The notes beneath the pieces were generated by a model. It was not told where the DNA came from. It ran no database searches and saw only the letters and a list, made by a program, of their open reading frames with translations. DNA of 64,000 nucleotides from Selaginella moellendorffii (Eukaryota; Plantae; Lycopodiophyta): assembly GCF_000143415.4 (NCBI RefSeq), contig NW_003314376.1:1-64000 (forward strand). Direction: 5' to 3'. The stretch's first letter is position 1. Each line of letters starts with the position of its first letter. Below are positions 40,201 through 53,793 of the stretch, in pieces. The translations under genes and the position numbers were made by a program.

Positions 40201-43200
40201 AACTGAGATTAGGTGTCCCCATCTCACTCACCACGACCTTGGTGCCACTTGCACCAAAGCGTTCAAGTTAGATATGCCGAGCTTTCACACTAAGCAATCT
40301 AACCGTGCATCACGACTCCGAGGCATCCCTCGCTTGGCGGTGTGCCCAAACCAGTCTCCCCACTGAGAGTCCATGACCACCGAAATATGAGTGTCCTCAT
40401 ATTCCAAACCATCACCACGCCCTAGTGATTTGGGACTCGAACCCAAGCACTAGAGGGTCGGGACTCGAACCCAACCTCCGTATATGCATCTACGGACGGC
40501 ATCACACTAGATGCCTGGCGTGACTCCCCACGCCGGTGCACCAACCTATTTTTAAAGCGCGCTACAGATCACAACTTAGGAACCTAGTTCCTCCACACTG
40601 CCAAGTCCTCTCACTTGACATGTCTGTGATCATGCATGGACTCCTCCATGCTCGGCCCCATGGCCCACCCTTTTTGAAGTTATCACCTTCAACTAGGGTA
40701 TTTGTTCCCCCGACGTGCCAACCTCGCTTGGCAAGTCCTCCGACCACTGTAACATGGTTCCTGCATAAGCGTGAAAGTCCTTGACCATCGACTTTCATTC
40801 AAAGCCCTTTCTTTGAACACTCGGGAACTACTTCCCTAACCTTGATAGCCTTGCCTCATGGCAAGCTTCAAGACCACGCTTCTGCTGCGCCACTCTGATT
40901 TCGCGCGTTCCATGAACCATTTACACTTGGCCTTTCTAGGTACTAAGCTACCTAGAATCGTCTTTGGGAACCTTGAAGGAACTCTGTCCCTCAGCTTGCT
41001 AAGGCCTCCCTTTTTGCAAGCCTTCAAAATGCCGCATAGTCTAACATGGACAATTCCATATTTTAGACTCTCCATGGCATCACGGTTACTAGCGGCAACA
41101 CCCTCGAGCCCCCACTTGATTCTCCACTCCCAGCTGGCATAACCAACCTTGGATATGCCCTTTGATTCCTATGGTTTGGTTCTATCCCCTTATTTCTTGC
41201 TTTTTGGCTTCACACCTTTTCTTTGGTCATTCTCCTCCAGACCAGGAGGATAGCTTTGCACTTTCTATCACGCTTTAGCAAGTATTCTTAGGGATGAACC
41301 TACCCAATAGCCTAGGGAGTGGTTCCTCAATCCGGGTATGCTCACCTTATAATCCCACACACTGGGATTATATTGTTGCTTATGGGCTTTTACATGCCCA
41401 TCACTAGCCTTGCCAAAATTCCATTTTTGGCTTTGTCCAACTCGGGTAGACAGTCCTCTCCTGTCTCCGCAACCTTGGACATTTGGATAGCACCTTCTAT
41501 CCATCATTCGCTAGGGACTTAGTCCCTTGGGCTTTATCCATTGCCCTCGCGACATCAAACACCACCTTCTGGTGTTCTAGAGTGTCTGGGTGTCCCAATG
41601 ATGGCTTTCTTGACAATGAGTATTTCCTTTTATGACATTGACTTACTATATCGCAACATAAGCAACTTATCCCCCGTAAGGGTATATCCAACTTCTTTAT
41701 GCTATTAAGAAGTCTTGGGTAGCTACCTTCTACCCGTTTAACCAGTTATTTTGCACCTCTTGCTTAGTTGCCTCATAGTTGTCAAGTCCTACAACTCATT
41801 GCTTGGTGCTTTCACACCTCCATCATTATCTGGGTCACCACACTCCAACTGCATGCTCTGCAGCTTAGGCCATGCCATTCCCATTTCCATTGGGATTCCT
41901 TTGGCAAGGGGTTCTCATGAACCCACCATCATAGCCTCAAGGTATCACACCTTGGCACATTTGGTGTCTCCACACCATTGGCTCCACGAGCCTACCTCTA
42001 AGACATTTCCCTTCGTGTCTAAGTCTTTGCCAAGACCAACACCGCTCTTTCTCATGCCAACCATCTGTTAGCACTGCCCCATAGAGGTCACACACAACTT
42101 TATATCAAAGTTGTTTTCTTCTGGGAACACCTTTCCCATAACTTTAGCATGGCACATTTTGCCATTGATGAGATACTCTCTGTTCTCATCCTTGGATCCT
42201 ATGATCCCCCCCCCATCCTTTGTGGGGTACAACGCACCTCAGTCCAAATGCTTCATTCAGTCCTTTTTAGGACCATCCCTTGACTCTACTTGAGTCGTCT
42301 AGCAGTTTTGGACTTGGTTAATCCACCGACCCGTAAGGTCCTACTTGTGAGGCACTAGCTCACTGGAATACACATCTTGCATTCCAGTCCTACTCAAAAG
42401 GACTATTTTCACAAGTGTTACTCCGACACTTGATTTTGTTCTCTGGGGGCAACCTTTGCCCCTTAGGACTACTTGTCCATGTGATGAGAATACCAACTCA
42501 TCCACTTAATACACCCCCAACTCCTTGGGTTGTTCCAGCATTTATTAGAGGTAGCCCCGGCTACCATTTCAAGGACTTGAGTCCTCTTCCGTATTTGACC
42601 TTCCACGGTCATTACCTTTGGTCTCACATTCATGAGCACCAACCTCAACTATATGAGGATAATCTTGTGACTCCTTTATTGTTTTGGAGTCTTTATCTTT
42701 CCCGTGATCCCAACTTTAGTTGTTTACCACAACAACCTAAGCCAATTTGCTGAGACAAATGCTCATCCAGATCACATCCTCAACTCAATGAGGAAAACCT
42801 TGCACTGTTCCCAAGATCCCAAAGTCGTTCCATTATTGGCCCTTTTCTATCCACCACCTCGTCTACAAGTTCACACATGAACTGTAATGGAGAGCCATGT
42901 CTTCCAGACTTGCTACTCCTCAAGGATAGGCCCACTCCTCGGACCTTCCGATGCCAACACTAGTGGTGATATACTTGAGCACCAATAAAAGTCGGACTAA
43001 GGAACAGCTCCGATACCAAATTGTAAGCGACTAATTTTTCCATTCTACTTTAGTCACTTAACCACACCTCCAACCACTTAGAGGAGTCTCATTCACAACC
43101 TCCATAAGTCCAATTTAGGACTTGGGACTTGCTAGCCCCAAGAATGGCATCCATGCCACTCCACACTTGCACCTGGTCCAAGTGCTCCACGTGTCCGGTC

Positions 43201-44701
43201 CCAAGACCGACACCCAAAGGTACCACTGACATCTCGGCCCGTTACGCTAAGGCCATGCCCGTTCACCTTTGCTGCACTAGTGGTCCAATACCACTTGCAT
43301 CACCATCCCGTCTCTCCAAGACTGGGCCATCTGTCCACGAGTGGTCATCCTGGATCCACTCCTTAGCATCCTTAGGATGCCCACAGACCTGGGGATTTGC
43401 CTTCCCGAAAGTCCCTTTGTCAGTTCCTACCAAGTCCCTTTCTGCCCCTGGCCGTGTTTGCCAACACTGCCACTGGATCGAGGCCCACAGGCCCGACCAC
43501 TAAGTCCCATGGTCCTCTGGGACTTCCTCACCACACGACTGTGTCCTTGGTCACTACCCCAGAGGACTGCTCCTCTTCCTTTCCACAGTCTGGGGCTTTG
43601 GGACAACATTTCGGAACACCGTGGCCTTACGCGAGCCACCTAGGTACTCTCCTCGCCTTCTGCCCTTGGGTGCTCTAGCCATGGGCTTAGAGCGGGTTCC
43701 GTTGAGCCACACCAGGTATCCAAGTAGGTAGTGCCACCCACACTTGGACTGGGAGCATCGGCCAGTCGATCTCCCGGGGGAACTAGAGCCGGCTCTTGAA
43801 CACTTCACCAAGCTACCCCGCTTGTCGGTCCGTGTTCACTCTAGTCTTGGACTTCCCAGTGGGCAGCTCATCACCCAACACTGGGTCTGGCCTTCCTGGG
43901 CCAAACTGGCCTTTCCTGGCCAAACTGGCTCCACTGCAGTCCTCCCCCTTACTATACTTTTGGAGCTCACCAAACCCCCCAGGGTCTGGGAGACGAACGC
44001 TTTGGGCTTTCACCCTCTCAGGCTCCGGACTCGGACTCGGACTCGGACTCGGACTCGGACTCGGACTCGGACTCGGACTTGGGCTCGGGCTTGGTCTCGG
44101 CCTTGGCCTCGGTCTCGGTCTCGATCCCGGTCTCGGTCTCGGTCCCGGTCTTGGTCCCGGTCTCGGTCCCGGTCTCGGTCTCGACTTCGGACTCCATCTC
44201 GGACTCCATCTCGGGTCCATCTCGGGTCCACCTCGGACTCCATCTCGGACTCCATCTCGGACTCCGTCTCGGGTCCATCTCGAGTCCATCTCGGACTCCA
44301 TCTCGGACTCCATCTCGGGTCCATCTCGGACTCCATCTCGGACTCCATTTCGGGTCCATCTCGGGTCCACCTCGGACTCCATCTCGGGTCCATCTCGGAC
44401 TCCATCTCGGACTCCATTTCGGGTCCATCTCGGACTCCACTTCGGACTCCAACTCAAGTCCATCTCGGACACTCCCACGTGTCATGTGTTGGTCCTTTTG
44501 GGTCCCTTTTTGGAGCCTCGCCTTTTGCTCGCTTCGTGCTCGTTCCTCGAGCACTTCGTTGGGAGTTCCACTCCCGCTCTTGACTTTTCAAGTCGGAGCT
44601 TTTGGTCCAAACGTGTTACGCTCGTTTGGCTCTCGCTTCGGCCACTACCATGTGGCGCCCTTCCATCTCCACTTTGGGGCCTAGTGATTTTGTGTCTCAC
44701 A
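37231..44701 (-). mobile_element. LTR element B (same family, younger) nested in element A
   Basis: Near-identical LTRs 37231-38967 and 43022-44701. TSD CAGGA (37226-37230, 44702-44706). PBS at 43007-43018, PPT after 38967. The ~4 kb interior has no recognisable gag/pol ORF. Confidence 0.95.
38235..38735. repeat. Compound minisatellite inside the LTR: (GGACTC)n, (GGTCTC/GGTCCC)n, then 11/12-mers GGGTCCATCTC / GGACTCCATCTC
   Basis: Directly visible. Homologous arrays at ~34230-34610, 44025-44470 and 47317-47745. Confidence 0.95.
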
Positions 44702-47700
44702 CAGGATTAACGTTGCTACATATGGGCCTTCACTAGCCTTGCCAAAATTCCATTTTTGGCTTTGTCCAATTCGGGTAAACAGTCTTCTCCCGTCTCCGCA
44801 ACCTTGGACATTTGGATAACACCTTCTATTTATCATTCACTAGGGACTTAGTCCCTTGGGCCTTATCTATTGCCCTCGCGACACTAAACACCACCTCCTG
44901 GTGTTCTAGAGTGTTTGGGTGTCCCAATGATGATCTCCTTGACAATGAGCATTTCCTTTTACGACATTGACTCACTGTATCGTAACATAATCAATTTATC
45001 CCCTGTAAGGGTATATCTAACTTCCTTATGCCATTAAGAAGTCTTGGGTAGCTACCTTCTACCCATTTAACCAATTATCTTTGCACCTCTTGCTTAGTTG
45101 CCCCATAGTTGTCAAGTCTTACAACTCATTGCTTAGTGCTTCCACACTTCCATCATTATCTGGGTCACCACACTCCAATCGCATGCCTTCCAGCTTAGGC
45201 CATGCCATTCCCGCTTTTGTTAGGATTCCCTTGGTAAGGGGTTCTTATGAACCCACCATCATAACTTCAAGTTGGCACATTTGGTGTCTCCACACTATCG
45301 GTCCTATGAGCCTACCCTTATGACACTACTTATTAGTGTCTAGGTCTTTGCCAAGATCAATATAATCGTTTCTCATGCTAACTATCCATTAACACCGCAC
45401 CATAGTGTTTGCACCCAATTATGGGCCAAAGTTGCTTTCTTCTAGGAACATCTTTCCCACAACTTTAGTATGGCACATTTTGCCATCAATAAGATACCCA
45501 CTGTTCTCATACTTGGATCTTATGATCCTCCCCATACCTCATGGGGCACTATACACCTCAGTCCAAATGCTTCTACCAATCCTTTAGGACCATTCCTTTA
45601 CTCCATTTGAGTCATCTAGCATTTTGGACTTTGTTAATCCCCCGACCTATAAGGTTTTACTTTTGAGGTGCTAGCTCATTGGAATACAACTTTTTGTATT
45701 CATGTTCTACTCACAAAGACCATTTTGCAAGTGTTACTCTTACACTTGATTTTGTTCTCTAGGGGCAACCTTTGCCCCTTTAGGACTACTTGTCCATGTG
45801 ATGAGAATACCAACTCATCTCGAAATACACCCCCAACTCCTTGGGTTGTTCCAACATTTATTAAAGGTAGCCCCAGCTATCATTTCAAGGACTTGAGTCC
45901 TCTTCCATACTTGACATTCCATGGTCACTAATTCTGATCTCAAGTTCATGAGCACCAACCTCGACTATATGAGGGTAATTTTGTGACTCCTTTATTGTTT
46001 TGGAATCTCTATCTTCCCCATGATCCCAACTATAGTTGTTTACCATAGCTATATTAGCCAATTTGCAAAGTCAAACGCTCATCTGGATCACATCCTCAAC
46101 TCTATAAGGAAACCCTTATACTATGCCTAAGATCCCAAAGTCGTTCCATTATTGGCCCTTTTCTATCCACCACCTTGCCTATAAGTTCACACGTGAACTG
46201 TAGTGGAGAGCCATGTCTTCCCGACTTGCTACTCCTCAAGGATAGGCCCACTCCTAGGACCTTCTGATGTCAACACTAGTCGTGATATACTTCAGCACCA
46301 ATAAAAGTCGGACTAAGGAACAGCTCTGATACCAAGTTGTAAGCGAATAATTTTTCCATTCTACTTTAGTCACTTAACCACACCTCTGACTGCATAGAGG
46401 AGTCTCATTCACAACCTCTTTAAGTCCAATTCAGGACTTGGGACTTGCTAGTCCCGAAAATGGCATCCATGCCACTCAACCCTTGCACTTGGTCCAAGTG
46501 CTCCACGTGTTTAGTCCCATGACTGACACCCAAGATACCACCAACATACCAGCTTGTTACGCTAGGCCATGCCAATTCACCTTGGTCACATCAGTGGTCC
46601 AACACCACCTACATTGCAACCCCGTCTCTCCAAGACTGGGCTTTCCGTTCACGAGTGGTCATCCCAAATCCACTCCTTAGCATCCTTAGGATGCCCACAG
46701 ACATGGGGAATAGCCTTCCCCAACATCCCTTTGTCAGTTCCTGCCAAGTCCCTTTTCCGTCCACGGCCATATTCACCAATACTGCCACTAGATCAAGGCC
46801 CGCAGGCCCGGCTACTAAGTCCCATTGTCCTCTGGGACTTCCTCACCGTATGACTATATCCGTAGTCAATACACTAGAGGATTGCTCCTCCTCCTTTCCC
46901 CCATTTGGGACTTCGGGACAACATTTCGGAACATCATGGCCCTACGCGAGCCCTGTGGGTACTCTCCCCACCTTCCGCCTTTAGGTGCTCTAGCCATGGG
47001 CTTAGAGCAAAGGTTCCGTTGAGCCATACCAGGTATCCAAGTAGGTAGTGCCACCCACACTTGGACTGGGACCATTGGCCAATCGATCTTCCGGGGGAAC
47101 TAGAGCCGGCTCTTGAACACTTCACCAAACTACCCCACTTGTCGGTCCACATTCACTCTAGTCTTGGACTTCCCAGTGGTTAGTTCATCACCCAACACTG
47201 GGTCTGGCCTTCTTGGGCCAAACTGACTCCACTGCAGTCCTCCCCCTACTATACTTTTGAAGCTCACCAAACCCCCCAGGGTCTGGGAGACGAACGCTTT
47301 GGGCTTTCACCCTCTTAGACTCGAACTCGGACTCGGACTCGGATTTGGGCTCGGTCTCGGCCTCAGCCTCGGTTTCGGTCTCGGTCCCGGTCTCAGTCTT
47401 GGTCCTGGTCTCGGTCTCAGTCCCGGTCTTGGTCTTGGTCTCGACTTCGGACTCCATCTCGGGTCCTTCTTGGACTCCATCTCGGACTCCATCTTGAACT
47501 CCATCTCAGGTCCATCTCGGGTCCATCTTGGACTCCATCTCGGGTCCATCTCGGACTCAACCTCGGGTCCATCTTGGGTCCATCTCGGGTCCACCTCGGA
47601 CTCCACCTCGGACTCCATCTCGGACTCCATCTTGGACTCCATCTCGGACTCCACCTCGGACTCCATCTTGGACTCCACCTCGGACTCCATCTTGGACTCC

Positions 47701-47997
47701 ACCTCGGACTCCATCTTGGACTCCACCTCGGACTCCATCTCGGACACTTCCATGTGTCATGTTTTGGTCCTCTTGTGTCCCCTTTTCTAGAGAGTCACTC
47801 ATGGCTCGCCTCGTGCTTGTTCCTCAAGCCCTTCGTTGGGAGTTCCACTCCCACTCTTGACTTTTTCAAGTCGGAGTTTTTAATCCAAACGTGTTACGTT
47901 CGTTTGGCTTTTGCTTCAGCCACTACCATGTGGCGCCCTTTTGGCTCCACTTTGGGGCTTAGGGATTTTGTGTCTCACAAAGATAAGGTGCACTACA

Positions 47998-50219
47998 TTC
48001 CTATTATTTTTAAAATATTAATCAAATTCTAAATTTTTTAGATCTATAGTTTTATCTTCTAGTATTGTATTTATTTTTTTGTAAATTATTGTATATGAAT
48101 CTTTTTCATGTTTTGTAATGTCTTTTATAGGCTCTAAGATTTCTGTTTGTGGCATTGGAGGAATTTATATTTTTTATATTTCATGTTTTTCTATGTTTAT
48201 GAGTTTGAACATCTTTTATATTATCTAGTAGTTTCTCTGAATCTGTACATATATTTTCATTAGCATATTCTTTTATTTATTCTAATGTTTGTGGTGGATT
48301 TTCTAACTATATTAGTGCATGTTAATGTGGTGTACCACGTTGTTGAAATTGTGTTACAAATACATAGTCTTTTACTTTTCTTCGAAATATGTGATAATTG
48401 GACATTAATAATTTTCTAAATGCTGATGTTTTATGTGCATAATATCGTATTGTGGAGATTGGATCAGCTCTTAGTATTTAATATATTTTCTCTTTTTTTA
48501 TTTAAATTTTCTATCTCTTCTTTTTGTAATATATCTGTATTTAAATGTTTTAAAGCATTTATTAATGGTTCCCAATGTCTTTCTGAACAACTAAAAGTTA
48601 AGAATAGTGTTGGTGATCTTCATTGTCTTATCATGGCAAATGCATCTTTTTTTAGTGCTTCTAAATTATCTGGTGATGTTCTTAGATTTTTTAAATCTCT
48701 AAACCCTATGTTTGACTTTAATATTTTATCCATATTTCTATTTAGAAGCACATCTTTTGATGTGATTTTTCTTCCTTCATAAGTAAATTTTCTTAATCTA
48801 AAACCTGCATTTTGATTAACAAATTTGATTTCAGTTTTTACTGCTGCTGTAAATATATGTTCAAGATGTCGTGCAAATTTTCTATCCTCATTCATTAATT
48901 CCTATTGGATTATTTCTTGATATGTAAATTTACTTTTTATTTCTAATGGTCTTGGTTTTCCACCAAATAGTTTTGGATATGCCATTTCTTCAGCATTTTC
49001 ATCTACAAATAATCCTAATGGCTGTTGTCCTTGACCAGGTGCTATAACTAGAACTTTATTTGTAAAATTATCTATTTGATTTGCATCTAAGAAGCTAATT
49101 ATCATAGTAGCTGTTGGTAATATCTCATTATCAGGGTTGTCTATAAGATTTACACTTTCATCATCTTCATTTAATTCTTGTTGTAATTCGTTTTCTAATA
49201 TTATTTGTGCGTTATTATCTATATTGTCTAAATTTTGTGCTTGTTGAAACCAGTTTTCATCTATATTAATTTTATTTTTCTTATATAGTTCGGTTTCTTG
49301 TAATTGTTTTATAACATTATAAATATAATGTGGTCTGGCTATTCCATATTTATAATAATATTTATCAGTTAATCTTAGTTTCAGCTGAATTGTTTTTGTT
49401 TTTATTTCTTCTTATGTTCTTGGTAGTTTATTAATTATTGATTTAATATTAGTTGGGACATTTATTACTCCTCTTTTTATGTGCTGCTGATATTGAGGTT
49501 GATTTGGTATTGTTATATTTGCAAATAAAATACGTAGAGCTATCATTTTCTCTTCAATATCATTTAGTTGTTCTGTATTTTGATCAATTTGATTCATTCT
49601 AATTTTTTCTGGACTTTTATATTTATCTTTATTTGTCATGCATTGATTGCATACATATTCTTGTTTTGTATTATATTTAAACCAAAGTCTTTTACATATT
49701 TTACATGGATGTATCGGTATATCCTGTATAACTTCATTATACATCTGTAGTGCTTTCATACTTTTTGGATTGTTTATGTTATATTCATTTTCTTGTTGTT
49801 CTTTCTCTTTTATTGTTTTTTTTTTTTTTTGCTTCTAATATAATATACTCTTCTTTTAAGTTTTTCATCTGATATAGTATTCCCTGTTCTTTGTCAAAGA
49901 ATATTTATTTTTTCATTTGTTTGTTTTTGTGAGTTCCAAGTTTCTATAAGTGTTTTGTCTTCTTCTATTGTCTTAAATATATATTTTTTTTGTTTTGTAA
50001 AGTACGTTCTTCATGTTTTTCTTTGGATATATTTATAGTTTTTATTTGCTTATTTTTATCCTTTCTTGATAAATAATAGTATCTAGAAACAATTTGTTGC
50101 TCAGTTAAATCAATATTATGGTTGAATTTTAGTTCTTTTGCTTTTCTATTTGCAGATCCTTAAATTGATAACTATTTTGCATCTAGAAGTTCTATCCATT
50201 CAAATTTTCTCTTTGTCAT
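47998..50219 (-). mobile_element. Helentron-type Helitron, 5' part: Cys-rich/DUF6570-like region and Rep (HUH) domain, pseudogenised
   Basis: 'CKICKRLWF', 'LNDIEEKMIALRILF...GVINVPTNI...LPR', 'IAPGQGQQPLGLFVDENAEEMAYPKLFGG', 'LKNLRTSPD...KKDAFAMIRQ', 'PTLFLTFSCSE' and the HUH motif 'FQQRGTPH*H'. Confidence 0.87.
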
Positions 50220-52284
50220 AATTTTGCCCTTTATACTTAAATGCCCTTATTGCCCTTGATGTCCTTACACCCATCGGATAGGTGGGTGCATCCAGATTAG
50301 TTTTTTCTATGATTGTTTAGCTGATCAAGATTGTTTAAAGAGATTCAACAATTGAACCGAATGGACTATTTTTAGCCTACTTTCAGCAAGTATTAATTCT
50401 CTATCTTTCAATCAACAGCTTTGTGAAGGCTGATAATTGATAATCTAGACCAGTAAAAACAATCAAAGACCTTTTACTTACTTCTCAATGTTATTCCGTT
50501 GAAAGCTATTTATGCCCTAAAGCTATATTAATTCTTTATTTAAATGGGCCTAAAATGGGCTTATGAAAGAAACGTGAGCACAAGTACCAGACTCATGCAT
50601 TCTTAGGTAATTGACTACCTGCTCAATTGTATTGTTTCTAGATCTCTTTCTTTTCGGTTTAACACCACTACCTCGCATGGATTCTTGGGTCTTGCCACTT
50701 GAGCAGCTGAATGGATCATGCAATAGGAGATTTTCGAGGGATACGAGGGCCAATGCTTTACCCTAAACTTCATCAAAACAAGGTGACATTTTGTTTTTGT
50801 AAGTCTTTCAGGAATGGTCTTCATCTTCTTTATGCTACACTAGATTGAAGGACTAAACAAGGTGTTGGGCATGGTTAGAAGATTGAAGAGAGATTCAGCA
50901 CAAGGTGTGTGACGATTCCTCCTTTTTTATTTCTTTCTTCTTTTTGTTTTTCCTTTTCATTCACATAAGCTCCCACAGAATAAGAAGCTCTAGAGTAATA
51001 TCGTGGCTTTGTTAGTTTTTGGAGCTGGTTTCTCAAGTTTGGATTTAGTACTTTGCCATTGGAAATGTAGAGTCTTTGCAGGTTCAAAAATTATACTAAA
51101 GGATACAAATGTAGGGACGGTGTCGTCTCGAATCCTGTGAGACAGCAGCTCTTCCAACGCCTTAAACTTCTACTTCTGCCCAGAGAGAAGATTTTCATCA
51201 TTACAAATCCGTAGTGAGAGCATCTTCAGGTTCTACTGACAGTGACAGCCTTGGACGAGGTAGCCAAGTCCAAAGAAAGTTGTTCAAAATGTCAAGTGAG
51301 ATATCTTCGACTAGGTAGGATGATTCCACAAACAAGTAACATTGTTCTCACTATGGAGACTGGTATCTAGCATGATGTTTTCAATTTACAGGGTTGGCTG
51401 TGGAAAACCCTCGCATGTCCAATGACAAGTCCTTGAAAAGTCGATGGACTCAAAGATGGTTTGAAGTAGTTTGTAACTTTCTTTCTCATTAGGACATTTT
51501 TTTTTTATATACCTTGATGTAGGTTCTACTTGAAATGATTTCTTTTGAGCTACTACAGGGTGAAGGAGAGCTCAACATTGCCAGAGATGGATATCCAGGG
51601 CCAAGAACCAAAGTGAACCTTTGATGTATATGTGCCTTCCCATTTAACTTTCTTCTAAGCTGTTTTGTTTTTCTTTTGTAAGTTATCCAGTAGGATCCAG
51701 TAAGAGCACGGTCATTCAGAAGCAAGAGCCTTAGTTTAGCGATCTACAAGCTCTATGACAAAGAGATGTCAAAGATATAAGGACTTTTAGTGACCATGTC
51801 AATGTTGTACACGGCTTCAAGCATCTAGGTCAAACAAATCAACAACAAAGCTGAAATTTGGAATTGCTTGTGGCTCAAGCTCTTTCACATTCATTTTCTT
51901 GCACATTTACTGCAAGATGGGGTTTAGCATCTAGTATAGAAAGCAATACACCACATTTTTCACCCAGCTTCTCTGAAGCCCTTAAGGAACTCCCTAGCCA
52001 AATGCACAATAATCATTTTCCTGGATTCCAGTGTTAGGCGTACAATGTTAACGTGGTAGATTACCTGAGAGGGGCTTTCAGAGGCAGCTTGTGTTTCTCA
52101 TATATTAGTTCTCTAATTGATTGTGCAATGCAATCAGTAGCAATCTTGTGAGTCGTTGCCATGGGATTTCTAGTTTGTGTGCTTTGAAATCTAGAAATTG
52201 TTAAGAGAAACACTACAAGATTTCATGAATAGATATTTGTATTATAGAGAAAGCAATTGAAAAATAGACAAGAGACAATTGTAT

Positions 52285-53793
52285 CTATTTTTGGTTGTTG
52301 GCAATTTCCATGGCTGAATTGTTTGGTGTCTCAAAATGGACAATAATATTTGCCTCATTCAATAGAAAGAATCCTGCTGGTTTTGAAGATAGATAAACAA
52401 CAATCTTTTTTGGGGACTCCATAGCAAACTTGACAATAGACCCTTCATCCAAATTATAAATTTTATCCACCATTTTATCACGCATTGTAACTCTATATTC
52501 CATCATGTCATTTGATATAATAGAACCAATTATTGTAGCTGATTTATGAGGGATGGAACACCCTTTACACTTTGCGCAAACAACAAAACCATCTTCTCTC
52601 TGCTCTAACATTGTGAAAGAGCAAAATGAGCAAAGCCTTTCAGCTTGAGTGAGGCTCTGTTGGTTGTTAGGGATGAAATATCAACTAATCTTTATAATTG
52701 GAAGTTAGAGTTGAAAGTAGATGTAAACAATTTACATTACCTTATCTTTAGAAGTAAGACCATGGTGTGTTTTATAAACTTCATTGAGCCTCTAAATTTT
52801 GTTTGAATCAACTAGTGGCAAAAATAAAGTACTTCCAAGTGTTGCTAAATCACATGATACACTCATGCTTTTCATAATATTAAAAAATAAAAACTTTGGC
52901 ATATATCCAACATATAAATCTGCTACAATATGATGATATTTCTCTTCATGCTCCAGATGCATATAGAGCTGTGAAAATATCTTAGAAATAGAAAATTAAA
53001 TAGGAAAAAACATTACCATAGTTACGTCCAAAGGATTATTAAAAGAAGAAGCAATCTTTATTTTAGGAAAAACACCAGTGTTGATTATAACAACATGTAT
53101 AGCTTGTGGATAAACTCTAGTAGCCATTAAAGATGATATAAAAGCTCCTCTAGTTGGTTGTAATTTTAATTTAACATCAAAATCATCTATAATTTGAATG
53201 ATAGAAGAATCTGTAATATAAAGAACTTTTTCTGAAGTTCCATGGTGGTAAACTGGGTTTTTCTGTCGTTCAACCCATCTGCAGTGAGAGAATTATAATC
53301 TTGTTAATTTGTTTTATAAAAAATTACAAGCATTGTAAGTGAGAAATATTTACCAACCATAAATTTATTATATAATCGTGCACACATGGATGACTCGCCA
53401 TATACAGTTAAAGTTTGCAAGCCATGTATATCTGTACAATCCATTATATAAGTTAAGTATTTTGCACTTTGCAGAGTGTTCTTTGCAAGATGAACTTTAT
53501 AAGTTCCATACCTAGGCAAAAAGAAAATCAAAACTACAGAAAAAAACTGATTTTAAAACCATACTTAGATAAAACCTTCAGCTCAAGAATTTTGGCTGAA
53601 TTCACTTTTAAAGACAAGTGATGCAATAGTGGCTTTTAGGATGGTCAACTTTGTCCTCTTTGCTTGTGAAACTACAAAACCAAAGAGAAATAAATTAAGA
53701 AATACTAAGGAATAAAGAGAAAAACCAAACCTTCATAAGAATTTGATTCTGTAGACAAATACAATATCCATAGCACAATCCAAATCTGACATA
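52285..53793 (-). CDS. Multi-exon RPA70-like (OB-fold ssDNA-binding) gene, probably Helitron-associated; may be decayed
   Basis: Exons separated by short GT-AG introns: 'TIASL...ILELKVLSK|YGTYKV...IMDCTD...TLTVYG...LYNKFMVGKYFSL' and 'QKNPVYHHGTSEKVLYITDSSIIQII'. C-terminal C4 zinc ribbon 'LCSFCSF...VVCAKCKG'. Same strand as, and upstream of, RepHel. 5' boundary approximate. Confidence 0.6.

Larger units (their letters stand above)
33245..47979 (-). mobile_element. LTR element A (non-coding, LARD-like) inserted in a TRIM LTR
   Basis: LTRs 33245-34845 and 46338-47979. TSD AAGAT (33240-33244, 47980-47984). Minus-strand PBS TGGTATCAGAGC at 46323-46334 and PPT (plus strand actccaccacccat) after 34845. 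The rest of the TRIM LTR resumes at 47985-47997. Confidence 0.92.
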
